A DNA stretch of 64,000 nucleotides from Candidatus Gottesmanbacteria bacterium. Lineage in GTDB: Bacteria; Patescibacteriota; Microgenomatia; 2-02-FULL-39-11. Below are positions 1 to 10,310 of this stretch, in pieces. Positions within the stretch are counted from its first letter, which is position 1. Every line of letters starts with the position of its first letter. A program made the translations under genes and the position numbers. The stretch covers positions 797,892 through 861,891 of the forward strand of contig JACPKY010000002.1 in assembly GCA_016186795.1 (NCBI GenBank). Reading direction: 5' to 3'. The notes under the pieces are model-generated. The model was not told the origin of the DNA. It worked only from the letters and a program-made list of their open reading frames with translations, and ran no database searches.

Positions 1-1660
1 TAAGTTCATATAACCTGTCACTATCAATAATAATTTCTCCATTTTCTACATCACTTCCACTATTTGTTTGATCGACACTCTTTCCATCAATATATACTTT
101 CACCTCTCCTTGTATATTCTCGTTTGGTGGTCGCATGACTAAAAAGACCTTCTCAGCAGTGAAATGGTATTCAAGAATTGCATCTTTCCCGGCCATTGCG
201 TACTCATCAGTTATTTCCCAATTCCCTCCCAATGTAAAAGTATTTAAAGGAATAGAAGATGAGGAAGTAAAGAGTTTTTGTGTACCATTGGCAATATGAC
301 CTAAAGGATAGTAGTACTCCATTCGAGCCGCGCCGAGATACGTTTCTGGTGAAATACGTTGCCTTGGAGTCTCATCTGGCCTTTGTGAATAATTATTGGA
401 AACATCCTCGCCTCGCTCTTTCAAAAGTTTTTGTATCATCTCTTCCGTTTTTTGATATTCTCCTTCACCAAAATGGGTATAGCGAATTTTTCCTTTACTA
501 TCGATGAGATACTTGGCCGGCCAGTACCTGTTTTTATACGCTTTCCATGTCGCATAATTGTTATCCTGCATAATGGGATAAGTAAGGCCAAAATCTTTAA
601 TCGCTTTCTCAACATTTTCCGCATCTTTCTCAAATTCAAACTCAGGAGTATGGACGCCAATAATCACTAAACCATTGTCTTTATATTTCTCATACCAGTC
701 CTTAAGATATGGAAGTGTGCGAATACAGTTGATGCATGTGTACGTCCAAAAGTCTATAAGAACGACATTTCCTCGAAGCTCTCGAAGAGTGAAAGGTTCG
801 CTATTGAACCATTTCCCGCCAGCAATTAACTCAGGTGCGGTTCCAATGTTTTCTTCAATGACATCACTCATCGGTTTTCCAGATTCTATTTGGATACTCT
901 CTTGTGAGGATTTTGGTTGTAAATTTTTCAGTGCATTTTGGATTACAGAATTTTCTTCAAATCGTGTCAACCCTACTCCATATTGAGGAAATGTCTCCAG
1001 AATAAACGCTTGGAACGTTCGATCGACATTAAATTGAATACCAATTGCAGTTACAATCATCAATATACCGAAGACTTTTTGGATACGTCCAGTATTTTTT
1101 GTAAGCCATGGCGTCTTTGAGAGAAGTTCTCTCCCCCCGTACGTAATACCAAGCATAGGAATGGCAGTTCCCATGGAAAATGCGAGTGTTATAAAAAAAG
1201 CCTGGGCAGTTACTGATCCAGTCAAAGCAAGTGATATGACTGATGCAAGGATGGGGCCCACACAGGGAGTCCAAACAAGACCAAGGCTTATTCCGATTAC
1301 AATTCCTCCAATAAATCCGGTCTGCTCTCTACCTATTGACACTACACCACTCAACCTCGAAAAAAGTTGTTCGAGAAGTACCTGAAATTTCGGAATAAGA
1401 AGACTAAGTCCAAATGAAAAAACAACAACAACAGAAACGGTGCGAAGAGTATCTGCTGGTATTCCTGTTGCACGTACGATAAGAGAAAGAAAAAGAGTAA
1501 AGAAGGTAAAACTTCCTATAAAGCCAGCAACTATTCCAAGTGGCCTTTTTTTATCACCTGAAACCGTCCCAGAGAGAACAATTGGCAAAACGGGTAGAAT
1601 GCAGGGAGAAAGAATGGTTACAAAACCTGCAATGAAGGCGAAAATAAGAAGTAGGATCAC
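1..1660 (-). CDS. CcdA/DsbD-type transmembrane thiol-disulfide transporter fused to a C-terminal TlpA-like thioredoxin domain plus a further C-terminal domain (DipZ-like). Partial: the 3' end runs off the window start.
   Basis: Manual minus-strand translation from a GTG at 1660-1658. It reads (M)ILLLIFAFIAGFVTILSPCILPVLP, then LVWTPCVGPILAS (the two CcdA Cys motifs), then REL RGNVVLIDFWTYTCINCIRTLPYL (a redoxin CxxC). The frame is open to position 1. It is absent from the ORF track because it has no in-window stop. Confidence 0.6.
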   Translation of the reverse strand, partial: MILLLIFAFIAGFVTILSPCILPVLPIVLSGTVSGDKKRPLGIVAGFIGSFTFFTLFLSLIVRATGIPADTLRTVSVVVVFSFGLSLLIPKFQVLLEQLFSRLSGVVSIGREQTGFIGGIVIGISLGLVWTPCVGPILASVISLALTGSVTAQAFFITLAFSMGTAIPMLGITYGGRELLSKTPWLTKNTGRIQKVFGILMIVTAIGIQFNVDRTFQAFILETFPQYGVGLTRFEENSVIQNALKNLQPKSSQESIQIESGKPMSDVIEENIGTAPELIAGGKWFNSEPFTLRELRGNVVLIDFWTYTCINCIRTLPYLKDWYEKYKDNGLVIIGVHTPEFEFEKDAENVEKAIKDFGLTYPIMQDNNYATWKAYKNRYWPAKYLIDSKGKIRYTHFGEGEYQKTEEMIQKLLKERGEDVSNNYSQRPDETPRQRISPETYLGAARMEYYYPLGHIANGTQKLFTSSSSIPLNTFTLGGNWEITDEYAMAGKDAILEYHFTAEKVFLVMRPPNENIQGEVKVYIDGKSVDQTNSGSDVENGEIIIDSDRLYEL

Positions 1661-1666
1661 GCTTTT

Positions 1667-2155
1667 TTATTGGACATTTGCTATTAACGTGTCTATTCCA
1701 CCACCATTCCACTTGGTAAGTTCGTTTCCCACCTCGTCTACCTGGACAAATGTATGTTGATAGGTAATACCGTATTTCTTTTTGAGATCTCTCTCAGTAT
1801 CATAATCAGTTTTGAAGATAATAATATCATTTGGAATTTTCTCACTGTTTTGCAAAAACTCCTCATTGGTAGCTTTACATGTCGGACACCACTTCGCGTG
1901 AAAGAAGTATATTCTCTTTTTACCTGCTGCCGCATCAAAAACTGTTTTACTATACTCAACATATTGGTTTTGCACTCTCGATGGCGCTTGCATATCTTTT
2001 TCTGTCTCGTTTTGTGGAGTACTTTGCAATATTGAAGGTTTCTCTTTTTTACCGACTGTAAATATGACAGCCCCAACAATAAAAATTACCACAACAGGAA
2101 TGAGAAGTAATTTACTCATATCTTCAAGGATAGAAGTAATAACGAAGATTGTCAA
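1667..2155 (-). CDS. Membrane-anchored thioredoxin-family protein
   Basis: N-terminal TM helix; FFHAKWCPTCKATNEEF contains the WCPTC thioredoxin active site. It sits immediately upstream of, and is co-oriented with, the CcdA-fusion gene. Confidence 0.7.
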   Translation of the reverse strand: MTIFVITSILEDMSKLLLIPVVVIFIVGAVIFTVGKKEKPSILQSTPQNETEKDMQAPSRVQNQYVEYSKTVFDAAAGKKRIYFFHAKWCPTCKATNEEFLQNSEKIPNDIIIFKTDYDTERDLKKKYGITYQHTFVQVDEVGNELTKWNGGGIDTLIANVQ

Positions 2156-2159
2156 AAAT

Positions 2160-3215
2160 TCATTCGTAAATTTTCTGGGCTACTTTCTGGCATATCCTTT
2201 CTCCACCAATATTTTCTGGACAAAGAAATTTTGCTTTTTCCTTCTGACTTTCTACCGCAGTAAATACCCAATAAGCTCCAGAAAAACAAAAAGTTCTATC
2301 ACTTTCCTCCCGAAAAGCACTGCACTTTTTTTGCACACCATCTATATCAAAATTTGTTAATTGACCTATGGCTCTTCCTATACCTGTGAGACACGCTTCA
2401 TATATCTCCTTATTCAAAAAGCGACAATGTGTACGAAGTTGTTTAAAATCTGGATCAATACTTTCGTTCCACCATTCTCCTAGTTCGAAATAACACGAAG
2501 CTTTGTGCTCAAGAGGAATTTCATCACAGGGGGCAAACGGCTTTGTCACATCTTGTGTACGTCTCTCACTTGTACTCGTATCAGTTCTCTCTGAGGAGGG
2601 AAAATTGTACTCCATAAAAACTCCCTGTGTGCATCCAAGTATTGACGGGGTTTGAATTTTTTTGCAGGTGTCGAGCGCTTGAAAAACAGCCTCAATACTC
2701 AAATTTCCTAAATGTTCCAGCACTCCATGCCCGATACCATGTCGGCAACCTGTTTCGTTCACTCCACCTTTTTCAATACATTGTGTATTTGCCTCTCCCA
2801 CTATATCCAACCCCTTTTCCTGAATTGCATTGCCGAAAAATCCATGGAAACATCCGTATGCATACCTACTATCACATATCAGTATTCCGGGAACACCATC
2901 AAAATTATAGAGGAGTTCACCAAAAATATGAGCCGCAAGATGTTGACTTCTATTATATCGACTGGGAATACCAGTTAACTCGCTATATGCCTTCTCTGAA
3001 CTAACAGTTTGAATTCTCTCAGTCCAATACTGTGTGAGGAGTGTTTTCTCATCTTGTATTCCTTTTCTACTCTCTTCAACCAGTGAAGGTTCGCTTAAGA
3101 CCATTGAACTTGATCTCGTTGAACTCCTTCCATTGGTAAAAAATACAATAACAAAAAATAGGCTAATAAACATTAATACTAATATGACGAGAAAAAAAGT
3201 CTTATGACGATTCAT
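2160..3215 (-). CDS. Membrane-anchored Cys-rich hypothetical protein, likely extracytoplasmic
   Basis: N-terminal TM segment followed by a domain with more than 15 Cys. Same orientation as the Trx/CcdA genes. Confidence 0.45.
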   Translation of the reverse strand: MNRHKTFFLVILVLMFISLFFVIVFFTNGRSSTRSSSMVLSEPSLVEESRKGIQDEKTLLTQYWTERIQTVSSEKAYSELTGIPSRYNRSQHLAAHIFGELLYNFDGVPGILICDSRYAYGCFHGFFGNAIQEKGLDIVGEANTQCIEKGGVNETGCRHGIGHGVLEHLGNLSIEAVFQALDTCKKIQTPSILGCTQGVFMEYNFPSSERTDTSTSERRTQDVTKPFAPCDEIPLEHKASCYFELGEWWNESIDPDFKQLRTHCRFLNKEIYEACLTGIGRAIGQLTNFDIDGVQKKCSAFREESDRTFCFSGAYWVFTAVESQKEKAKFLCPENIGGERICQKVAQKIYE

Positions 3216-3285
3216 GGAGTAAAACCATTTTACTTTTATTTAAGAAATAGTAAATTTTACGTATAATGCAAATACGTGTATTCCC

Positions 3286-5625
3286 ATGAAAAAGACCTCA
3301 ATCGGAGGAGTAATCCTTACATTTCTTCTCTCCCTTGCTGTTTATACCGCCACTCTCCCTCCCTCAATTACATTCGGAGACTCAGGAGAGTTTGTAACCG
3401 CCGCTTACTTTTTAGGTATACCTCATCCCCCAGGAGCACCATTCTGGGTTATTCTTTCTCATTTTTTTACGTATATTCCTTTTGGCTCAATTGCTTGGAG
3501 AGTAAATTTTTCAAGTGCATTTTTTGCATCGTCAACGATCGCTATTCTCTATATCCTCATGTCAAACGTTCTTGATAGAAAGAAAAAATTTGTCCTATCA
3601 GAAATCTTCCTCATCATGTCTACCGCACTAACGTATGCATTTACAAGATCATTCTGGGCTCAAGCGATTATTGCTAAATACTTTACTCTCAATACATTTC
3701 TTTTTGGAATACTTTTATTTCTTACATACAAATTTACCGAAACAAAAAAGCCTCTCTTTTTCTACCTTTTCTTTTTATTGACAGGATTTTCAATTGCGAC
3801 ACATTACCTTATTTTTCTTGTCATTCCAGTTCTCCTTTTATGGATATTTCTTGTGAATCGAAGAGTCATTTGGAATAAACGAATCCTTTTTATTAGTTTC
3901 ATTTCTTTTGTAGCAGGTCTTAGTGTTTTTCTCTATCTTCCAATTCGTGCCAATGCAAATCCTCCTATTAATTGGGGGAACCCCAATACGCTCTCGACAT
4001 TTCTGTATCACGTAACTCGGCAACAATTTCAAAGAAGTTTTGTCTCTGAGGCAACAAACTTAGGTGTGTCACTTCCCATTGCATCATTTGCAGGTGAAAA
4101 AATCTCCTTAAGAATATTTACGTCCGCCCATGCATTTGGTGCCGCCGTAATTTATGAATTCCCATTCTATATACTTATCTTTACTATTGTGGGGGGTATA
4201 TTTCTTTTAAAAAACTCCCGTACGAGAAGCTGGGCCATCCTTCTTTTTCTTCTTTTTCTGGCAAGCGGTTGGGGATTTGCGTTCCTTACGAATGCTCCTA
4301 TCCCAAACCCTTCTGACAAACACGCCGAATACTTATACGCGTATCTACTTCTCACTCTATTAACAGGATATGGAGTTCTTTTTTTATTCGAGAAAGTACG
4401 TAATCGGTTTTCCCACATATTCGAATATCTATTTCTCGCATTAATAGCCACTTCCCCATTTCTCCTTTTGATAAATAGTTTTAAAATAAACAATTGGAGC
4501 AATAATACGGTTGCGTACGATCATGCCATCAATATTTTGAAAACCTTGGACCAAAATGCCATTTTGATTGCGGATAAAAACAATTGGGTATTTCCCCTGC
4601 TCTATGCATCGAAAGTCGAGCAAATAAGACCTGATGTTACCATCTATGATAGAACTGGGAATCTCTTTGAGAGAGTGTATAACTTTACGTCAAGTCAAGT
4701 ACATTCATTTGATGAACTAGAAACTTTTAGAGAAAAGGTAGAAAAAAATATACAAGAAAAATATCCTAATCGCCCATTTTATTTCGCTGCTGACAAAAAT
4801 TTTGAGAACTATCCGCGAGAAGTTTTGCAAGAAGGAATACTCTACAAACAGCGGACTTTTCCTCCGAAATCAATCGACTTTCCAATTTTCTACAAGAATA
4901 TTTTGGCTATCAATACGATCCCATATGACGATTTTGATAGTACGTACATGAGCGCGTATTATCACTTTCGGTTTGCCGATCAGCTCATTTCTGAGAATAA
5001 GAAAGAACAAGCCTTAGAAGAATTGGAAAAAGCAAAAAAGATTGGGAATGATAACACACTTGTTTTGACAAACGTTGCAAAATATTTAGGAGAACTTGGA
5101 AGTAAAAACGAAGCAATTGATATATATAGAAATCTTATTGACAGAAACTCAGCAAATGATGTTGTCCACTTTAACCTTGCAGTACTTCTTGAAGAAAAGA
5201 AAGAGTATGATAAGGCTTCCGCGGAGTATAAGAAATCTATAGATATAAACCCCAAAAACTTCCAGGCAATTTTTCGCCTTGCACAACTTTTCGAACTTGG
5301 GAAGAAATATCAAGAAGCCCTTGACCAATACATGTCCTTGGTAAATTTGAACTATGTGACTAATTACACGATTGAAAAAATAGTTGCGCTCGCTACACGA
5401 ACAGGTCAATGTGATCTTGCAGAAATGTTCTATGGAAGATTAAGCATTACCTCAAATTTTAAAGTGTTTGCAAATAATATCGGTATTTGTTGGGCGCAGA
5501 AAGGAGAATATAATAAAGCAAAAATACAGTGGGAGAAAGCACTTGAAATTGATAACTCGTACGATCAACCGAAGGAGAATTTGAAACGGTTAGAGAGTCT
5601 TCCTCCTACCCTTAGGCAAAATTGA
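3286..5625 (+). CDS. DUF2723/TMEM260-like GT-C-fold membrane protein with C-terminal TPR repeats
   Basis: N-terminal GDSGEF motif, more than 10 predicted TM helices, and C-terminal TPR-like repeats (for example KAKIQWEKALEIDNSY). Confidence 0.55.
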   Translation: MKKTSIGGVILTFLLSLAVYTATLPPSITFGDSGEFVTAAYFLGIPHPPGAPFWVILSHFFTYIPFGSIAWRVNFSSAFFASSTIAILYILMSNVLDRKKKFVLSEIFLIMSTALTYAFTRSFWAQAIIAKYFTLNTFLFGILLFLTYKFTETKKPLFFYLFFLLTGFSIATHYLIFLVIPVLLLWIFLVNRRVIWNKRILFISFISFVAGLSVFLYLPIRANANPPINWGNPNTLSTFLYHVTRQQFQRSFVSEATNLGVSLPIASFAGEKISLRIFTSAHAFGAAVIYEFPFYILIFTIVGGIFLLKNSRTRSWAILLFLLFLASGWGFAFLTNAPIPNPSDKHAEYLYAYLLLTLLTGYGVLFLFEKVRNRFSHIFEYLFLALIATSPFLLLINSFKINNWSNNTVAYDHAINILKTLDQNAILIADKNNWVFPLLYASKVEQIRPDVTIYDRTGNLFERVYNFTSSQVHSFDELETFREKVEKNIQEKYPNRPFYFAADKNFENYPREVLQEGILYKQRTFPPKSIDFPIFYKNILAINTIPYDDFDSTYMSAYYHFRFADQLISENKKEQALEELEKAKKIGNDNTLVLTNVAKYLGELGSKNEAIDIYRNLIDRNSANDVVHFNLAVLLEEKKEYDKASAEYKKSIDINPKNFQAIFRLAQLFELGKKYQEALDQYMSLVNLNYVTNYTIEKIVALATRTGQCDLAEMFYGRLSITSNFKVFANNIGICWAQKGEYNKAKIQWEKALEIDNSYDQPKENLKRLESLPPTLRQN

Positions 5626-5640
5626 TACGAAATTCATTCT

Positions 5641-6417
5641 ATGAACTACATTCAAGTAATAATTCTGTCATTTATTGAAGGAATATCAGAGTTCCTCCCC
5701 ATTTCATCAACAGGTCATCTTATCTTGACATCATCACTTCTGGGTATTGAGCAGACCGAGTTTCAGAAAACATTTGAAATTGTCATACAAATGGGTGCAA
5801 TTTGTGCCGTAATACTTCTCTATTGGAAAACGCTTCTCTATGATTCCACCATATGGAAAAAAATAATCATCGCGTTCCTCCCCACTGGTATAGTGGGGCT
5901 TATTCTCTATAGAATTATTAAACAGTATCTCTTAGGAAATCCATGGATAACAATCGTGTCTCTTTTCATTGGAGGCATCATCCTTATTGGAATTGAAAAG
6001 GCAAACTTTGGCAAGATAACAAAGATAAAATCACTTGGGACTCTTTCATATAAGCAAGCATTTCTTATCGGTCTTTCTCAAACAATTTCGATGATCCCTG
6101 GAACATCTCGTGCTGCTGCAACAATCATTGGAGGACTCCTTGTAGGACTCAATAGACCACAGTCTGTCGAATTTTCATTTCTCCTTGCAATACCGACAAT
6201 GTTTGCGGCAACAGCTCTAGACCTTTTGAAAACTGGATTTTCATTCACCTCTCATGAATTCCTACTTCTTGGTATGGGACTTTTAGGATCGTTTATAACG
6301 GCTTATTTTTCAGTGAAGTATTTTCTGAGATTTGTTCAACTACACACACTTATTCCCTTTGGCGTTTACCGAATTGTTCTTTCACTTCTATTTACATTCT
6401 TTCTTCTCAATGTGTAA
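5641..6417 (+). CDS. uppP: Undecaprenyl-diphosphatase
   Basis: EGISEFLPISSTGH motif and multi-TM topology typical of BacA/UppP. Confidence 0.85.
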   Translation: MNYIQVIILSFIEGISEFLPISSTGHLILTSSLLGIEQTEFQKTFEIVIQMGAICAVILLYWKTLLYDSTIWKKIIIAFLPTGIVGLILYRIIKQYLLGNPWITIVSLFIGGIILIGIEKANFGKITKIKSLGTLSYKQAFLIGLSQTISMIPGTSRAAATIIGGLLVGLNRPQSVEFSFLLAIPTMFAATALDLLKTGFSFTSHEFLLLGMGLLGSFITAYFSVKYFLRFVQLHTLIPFGVYRIVLSLLFTFFLLNV

Positions 6418-6434
6418 TCATATTATTTCTTTGC

Positions 6435-8027
6435 ATGTATATAATGGGGAAGATGCCTCGTAAATCTCATCTTTCCCAAACCTTCAAACATTTCTGCAAA
6501 ACTCACCCTTTCCTTTCTCTCCTTATTACCATCATCATTTTTTTTAGGATACTCCTTCCAATTCGTGGGGGACAATTTGGACCGGATGAATCATTCTTTG
6601 CCCTTCGTGCGTACCAATTTTTTCACTGTGTCCATTCCCCTGAGCAAATGGTTATAGATCCGCAAAAAAGACAAGTAATCCAAGATCTCACCCAACCTTG
6701 TGGAGAATTACCATTGAAAGGACTGGTCGGTAGACTTGGATTTTTCTATGGGCCATACATCTCCTATATTCTTACCATTCTTTATGGGCTCACCCAGTTT
6801 CAATTCTTTTTCCTTTTTCTTCTCACCAGTGTACTTTTTCTTATGCCACCACTTCTTCTTGCTTTTTCCTTAAATAGAGTCAATAAACATGTGGCAAATA
6901 GAGAAACCGTGTGGACATTTCTTTTGGCAATCACATCACCTCTTGCGGTAAAATTTTCTCTTGAAGCTCTATGGGACACACCCTACTTGATGATTTTCGC
7001 AACTCTTTTCGTGTTTATTTTTTTCCTAACAATCTCTGATAAGATAAAGTTACCATTCTTTGGACTGATCTTGGGAACAAGCCTTGCAAGTCACATCCAA
7101 GCGTTACCGTTCATCCTTGGTTCTACTTTATATATATTCACCCACATACGCGAAAAACGCATAACGCGTATATTTCTTTTTGTATTCTTTTTCCTTCTCC
7201 CTCTTTTTCCGTACCTATTGTCTCTTTTTTTTGCAAGAAACTCACTTTCATTTCGATTTCGTGTGGTTGGCCAAGAAAACGTATTGCCAAATATTGTCCT
7301 TTTACTATCTGGTATTTTCCGATTTTTTGGAATGGACTATCCGCTCCCAGCACTAAGCGATTGGTTGAATGTCTCCTATTTTCTGAGTATCACCTTTTTG
7401 ACAATTTGTATTCGGTTAAGTATTTTTCTCCTTACAATTCTTTTTCTTTGGCGATCTTACCAAAAAAAAGAGAATATTTCTCCGATTATCTCTCTTATAG
7501 CCCATATTATCGTTTTTTATCTACCACTCTCACTCATCACAAATCTCTCATCTCATCCACAAGAGTACATGATGACGTGGTGGTTTTTCCCTGTTATTGC
7601 TCCAATTGTTCTGTACCACTCTTTCAGAAGGAAAATTGCGAATATACTTCTTGGAATTTTCTTGGTATTAAATATCCTCACAATCATACTTCAATACACA
7701 CCAAGATTAATTAAGGGGACTCAACTTGTTTACCCACATGGGCCATCATGGTGGGTACTACAACAAACATCTCGCGACCTTTGCGAAATTGCTCAAACGT
7801 ATAGAAACACCTTTGGAGAACCGTTATTTGTTACAATCTCACAATCTCCTCCAGAAAAGAACTACCACACGTATTCATTCATTTCCATGATTGCAATTCG
7901 TCACCCAGACTGTGTTTCAAATATCCGATTTAATGAACGAAAAAATGATTCACAGTATCTTATTTTACCTGATAAAAACGGACTGAGATTTACTCTGCGA
8001 GAAATCAGGAACTCTCTGAAGGAGTAG
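6435..8027 (+). CDS. Polytopic membrane protein, possible GT-C-like glycosyltransferase
   Basis: 530 aa with many hydrophobic helices; no specific motif recognised. Confidence 0.45.
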   Translation: MYIMGKMPRKSHLSQTFKHFCKTHPFLSLLITIIIFFRILLPIRGGQFGPDESFFALRAYQFFHCVHSPEQMVIDPQKRQVIQDLTQPCGELPLKGLVGRLGFFYGPYISYILTILYGLTQFQFFFLFLLTSVLFLMPPLLLAFSLNRVNKHVANRETVWTFLLAITSPLAVKFSLEALWDTPYLMIFATLFVFIFFLTISDKIKLPFFGLILGTSLASHIQALPFILGSTLYIFTHIREKRITRIFLFVFFFLLPLFPYLLSLFFARNSLSFRFRVVGQENVLPNIVLLLSGIFRFFGMDYPLPALSDWLNVSYFLSITFLTICIRLSIFLLTILFLWRSYQKKENISPIISLIAHIIVFYLPLSLITNLSSHPQEYMMTWWFFPVIAPIVLYHSFRRKIANILLGIFLVLNILTIILQYTPRLIKGTQLVYPHGPSWWVLQQTSRDLCEIAQTYRNTFGEPLFVTISQSPPEKNYHTYSFISMIAIRHPDCVSNIRFNERKNDSQYLILPDKNGLRFTLREIRNSLKE

Positions 8028-8487
8028 TGGGAGCGATACTCGTTGCAATTTTCTCCGCCCATGTACGAATAATTTGAGTATTTTTCTCTTGATCAAAGTA
8101 GAAACCATCAATTCGAAGAGGATCACCAACAAGTACTCCACCGAGATCCTTCACAAAATTCACGAGGTTATCGACTGACCCACAAAAATAGGTATAGGAT
8201 GTATCTCCTAAACCGAAAACTGCGAACTTCTTTTTCGGGAACGTTTTTCCCTTCATTTTTTCCATAAATCCTAAGTACTGTTCTTGCACCTGCCCTTGTT
8301 TCCCATGATAATCCCAGGAAGGGGAACCAAATACTACCAAATCAGCGGAAGATAACTCGTCGAAAGATACCTCAGAAACATTTTTTAGTGTCGTTGAATA
8401 TCCGTACTTTTGAAAAACAGACGTTATCTCCTGACTTGCTAAAAGTGTACCTCCAGAGTTGGTAGCGTAAACGATCAGTATATCCAT
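8005..8487 (-). CDS. Flavodoxin
   Basis: MDILIVYATNSGGT (FMN phosphate-binding loop analogue), SPSWDY, about 160 aa. Confidence 0.7.
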   Translation of the reverse strand: MDILIVYATNSGGTLLASQEITSVFQKYGYSTTLKNVSEVSFDELSSADLVVFGSPSWDYHGKQGQVQEQYLGFMEKMKGKTFPKKKFAVFGLGDTSYTYFCGSVDNLVNFVKDLGGVLVGDPLRIDGFYFDQEKNTQIIRTWAEKIATSIAPTTPSESS

Positions 8488-8538
8488 AGGAAAATGTAAC
8501 GAAAAAATATTAATCGAAATATGTATCTATTGCAACTT

Positions 8539-9369
8539 TTATTTTTGTATTGAAAAAAAATTATTAGAACAATAAATACTCAAAACAACAAACAAGAACG
8601 CCGCAAATAAAACGATAGTTGCCCCAGATGCGATATCAAGGTAGTAACTTATATACATCCCAGCAAAACTGCAAACTATCCCAATACCAACAGAGAGAAA
8701 AATCATACGATGAAAACTATTCGTGAGAAGCCGTGCGCAACTGGCGGGCAACACTACCATAGCAGCGACAAGAGTCACTCCCAAAACTTGGATCGATACA
8801 ATAATAGAAGCTGCAAGAATAAGTGAGAAAAGAATTTCCAGTTTCTCTACTGGTACTTTATACGCTCTGGCTATTTCTTCATTAAACGTCAAAAAGAGGA
8901 ATGAACGGTAAAAGAGAAATATGCAAAGCAGCGTTATCGCAAAAACCGAAACGATCACAGCTATATCAAGGGGTGTAACACCGAGAACATTACCAAATAG
9001 TGCTGCTTCAATATTCCTTGTAAAATATGGAATTTTACTGATGAGTGCAACTCCTAAGGCAAAACTTGCCGTCGTAACAATCCCAATTGCAGCATCAGCA
9101 CCCAGTTTATTCTGAGAAGAAATTCTACGTATGAGAAGTGAAGAAATAAAACCCCAAAGACTTGCACCAATGTAAAAATTTGTATTGAGTAAATAACTTA
9201 CTACCGCTCCTCCAAACACAGCGTGTGCTAAACCATGTCCTATAGAGCTCATTTTCCGAAGCACAATAAATGTTCCTAATAGGCCAGTCGTAGCACCAAC
9301 AAAAACAGCTGCAAGTATGCCATATACAAAAAATTGGTAATGGAATGGTTCAATAAAAAATGCAATCAT
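8539..9369 (-). CDS. Metal (Zn/Mn) ABC transporter permease, ABC-3 family
   Basis: Hydrophobic 276-aa protein with the ZnuB/MntB-like pattern. Its stop overlaps the ATPase gene by 4 nt. Confidence 0.8.
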   Translation of the reverse strand: MIAFFIEPFHYQFFVYGILAAVFVGATTGLLGTFIVLRKMSSIGHGLAHAVFGGAVVSYLLNTNFYIGASLWGFISSLLIRRISSQNKLGADAAIGIVTTASFALGVALISKIPYFTRNIEAALFGNVLGVTPLDIAVIVSVFAITLLCIFLFYRSFLFLTFNEEIARAYKVPVEKLEILFSLILAASIIVSIQVLGVTLVAAMVVLPASCARLLTNSFHRMIFLSVGIGIVCSFAGMYISYYLDIASGATIVLFAAFLFVVLSIYCSNNFFSIQK

Positions 9370-10172
9370 ACTTTCTCGAATCGTGCTGTAAATGGGTAGT
9401 GCGATGCCTCTGCAACCAATTTTAGATCACCCAAGACACCCGTATGTTGAATGATTGTAAGCGGTGCATCATAAAGTTTACTCAGAATTCTTTCTTTAAA
9501 AACCATATCCAATGGTCCTTGAGCGATAAGTGTTTGATTCAAACATATAAGCCAGGGTAAATGAGCGGCTACTGAATTTAAATCATGTGTTGTAAGAAGA
9601 ATCGTCATTCCACTTCTATTTAAATCCGCCAACAGATGCATTATGTCATGACGCGCTTTCACATCTAACCCTATTGTTGGTTCGTCCAAGAGTAATAATT
9701 TCGGTTTACCAACAAGTGCCCGGGCAATAAAAACTCTCTGTCTTTGTCCTCCTGATAGTTCACTAATATGCCGCTTACCAAATTTTCCAAGCCCAAGCAT
9801 TTTCAGAAGTGAATATACCTCCTGTTTTTCTTCCTCAGTCGTCCACGGAATTGACATTCTAGTACTTCGAATTCCCATGAAAACAATTTGCTCAACGGTC
9901 GTAGGAAAATTCCAATCAACTGTCTCCAGCTGAGGAACATATCCAATAGATCCAGGGAATACATCATGCACATCTTTCCCACCAATTCGTATCATCCCTT
10001 GATTTAGTGGAATAAGTCCAAGGAGCGAGCGAAGAAATGTTGTCTTTCCTGCACCACTTGGCCCAACAATACCAACAAACTGTCCGGATTTTACTGAAAG
10101 AGTAATATCTTTCAAGACCTCTTTTCCCGAAAAAGATACAGATACCTGCAGACATTGAATATATCGTTCCAT
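9366..10172 (-). CDS. Metal ABC transporter ATP-binding protein
   Basis: Walker A GPSGAGKTT, signature LSGGQRQR, Walker B LLLDEP. Confidence 0.85.
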   Translation of the reverse strand: MERYIQCLQVSVSFSGKEVLKDITLSVKSGQFVGIVGPSGAGKTTFLRSLLGLIPLNQGMIRIGGKDVHDVFPGSIGYVPQLETVDWNFPTTVEQIVFMGIRSTRMSIPWTTEEEKQEVYSLLKMLGLGKFGKRHISELSGGQRQRVFIARALVGKPKLLLLDEPTIGLDVKARHDIMHLLADLNRSGMTILLTTHDLNSVAAHLPWLICLNQTLIAQGPLDMVFKERILSKLYDAPLTIIQHTGVLGDLKLVAEASHYPFTARFEKV

Positions 10173-10192
10173 ACCGTGTTTTCGTTATGAAA

Positions 10193-10213
10193 ACTCATTA
10201 GAAATGAATGAGT
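10193..10213. promoter_or_regulatory. Candidate operator upstream of the metal ABC operon (7-7-7 inverted repeat ACTCATT-N7-AATGAGT)
   Basis: An AT-rich palindrome about 25 nt upstream of the ATPase start; the position suits a Zur/MntR-type box. Confidence 0.25.
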
Positions 10214-10310
10214 CGATAAATCCCATGAAATGGACTGTTCCAAGAAAGTATAGCAAAGAAAGAAGAGAGGAGGCACATCTGAAACCACTCAAAAGATCAA
10301 TTGTCTTTCC

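Noticed and set aside
280-1385. Several + strand ORFs (280-507, 431-670, 675-986, 938-1120, 1161-1385, 1440-1760)
   Set aside because: They lie inside the minus-strand CcdA-thioredoxin fusion gene, which translates cleanly across the whole region. They are short and have no motifs.
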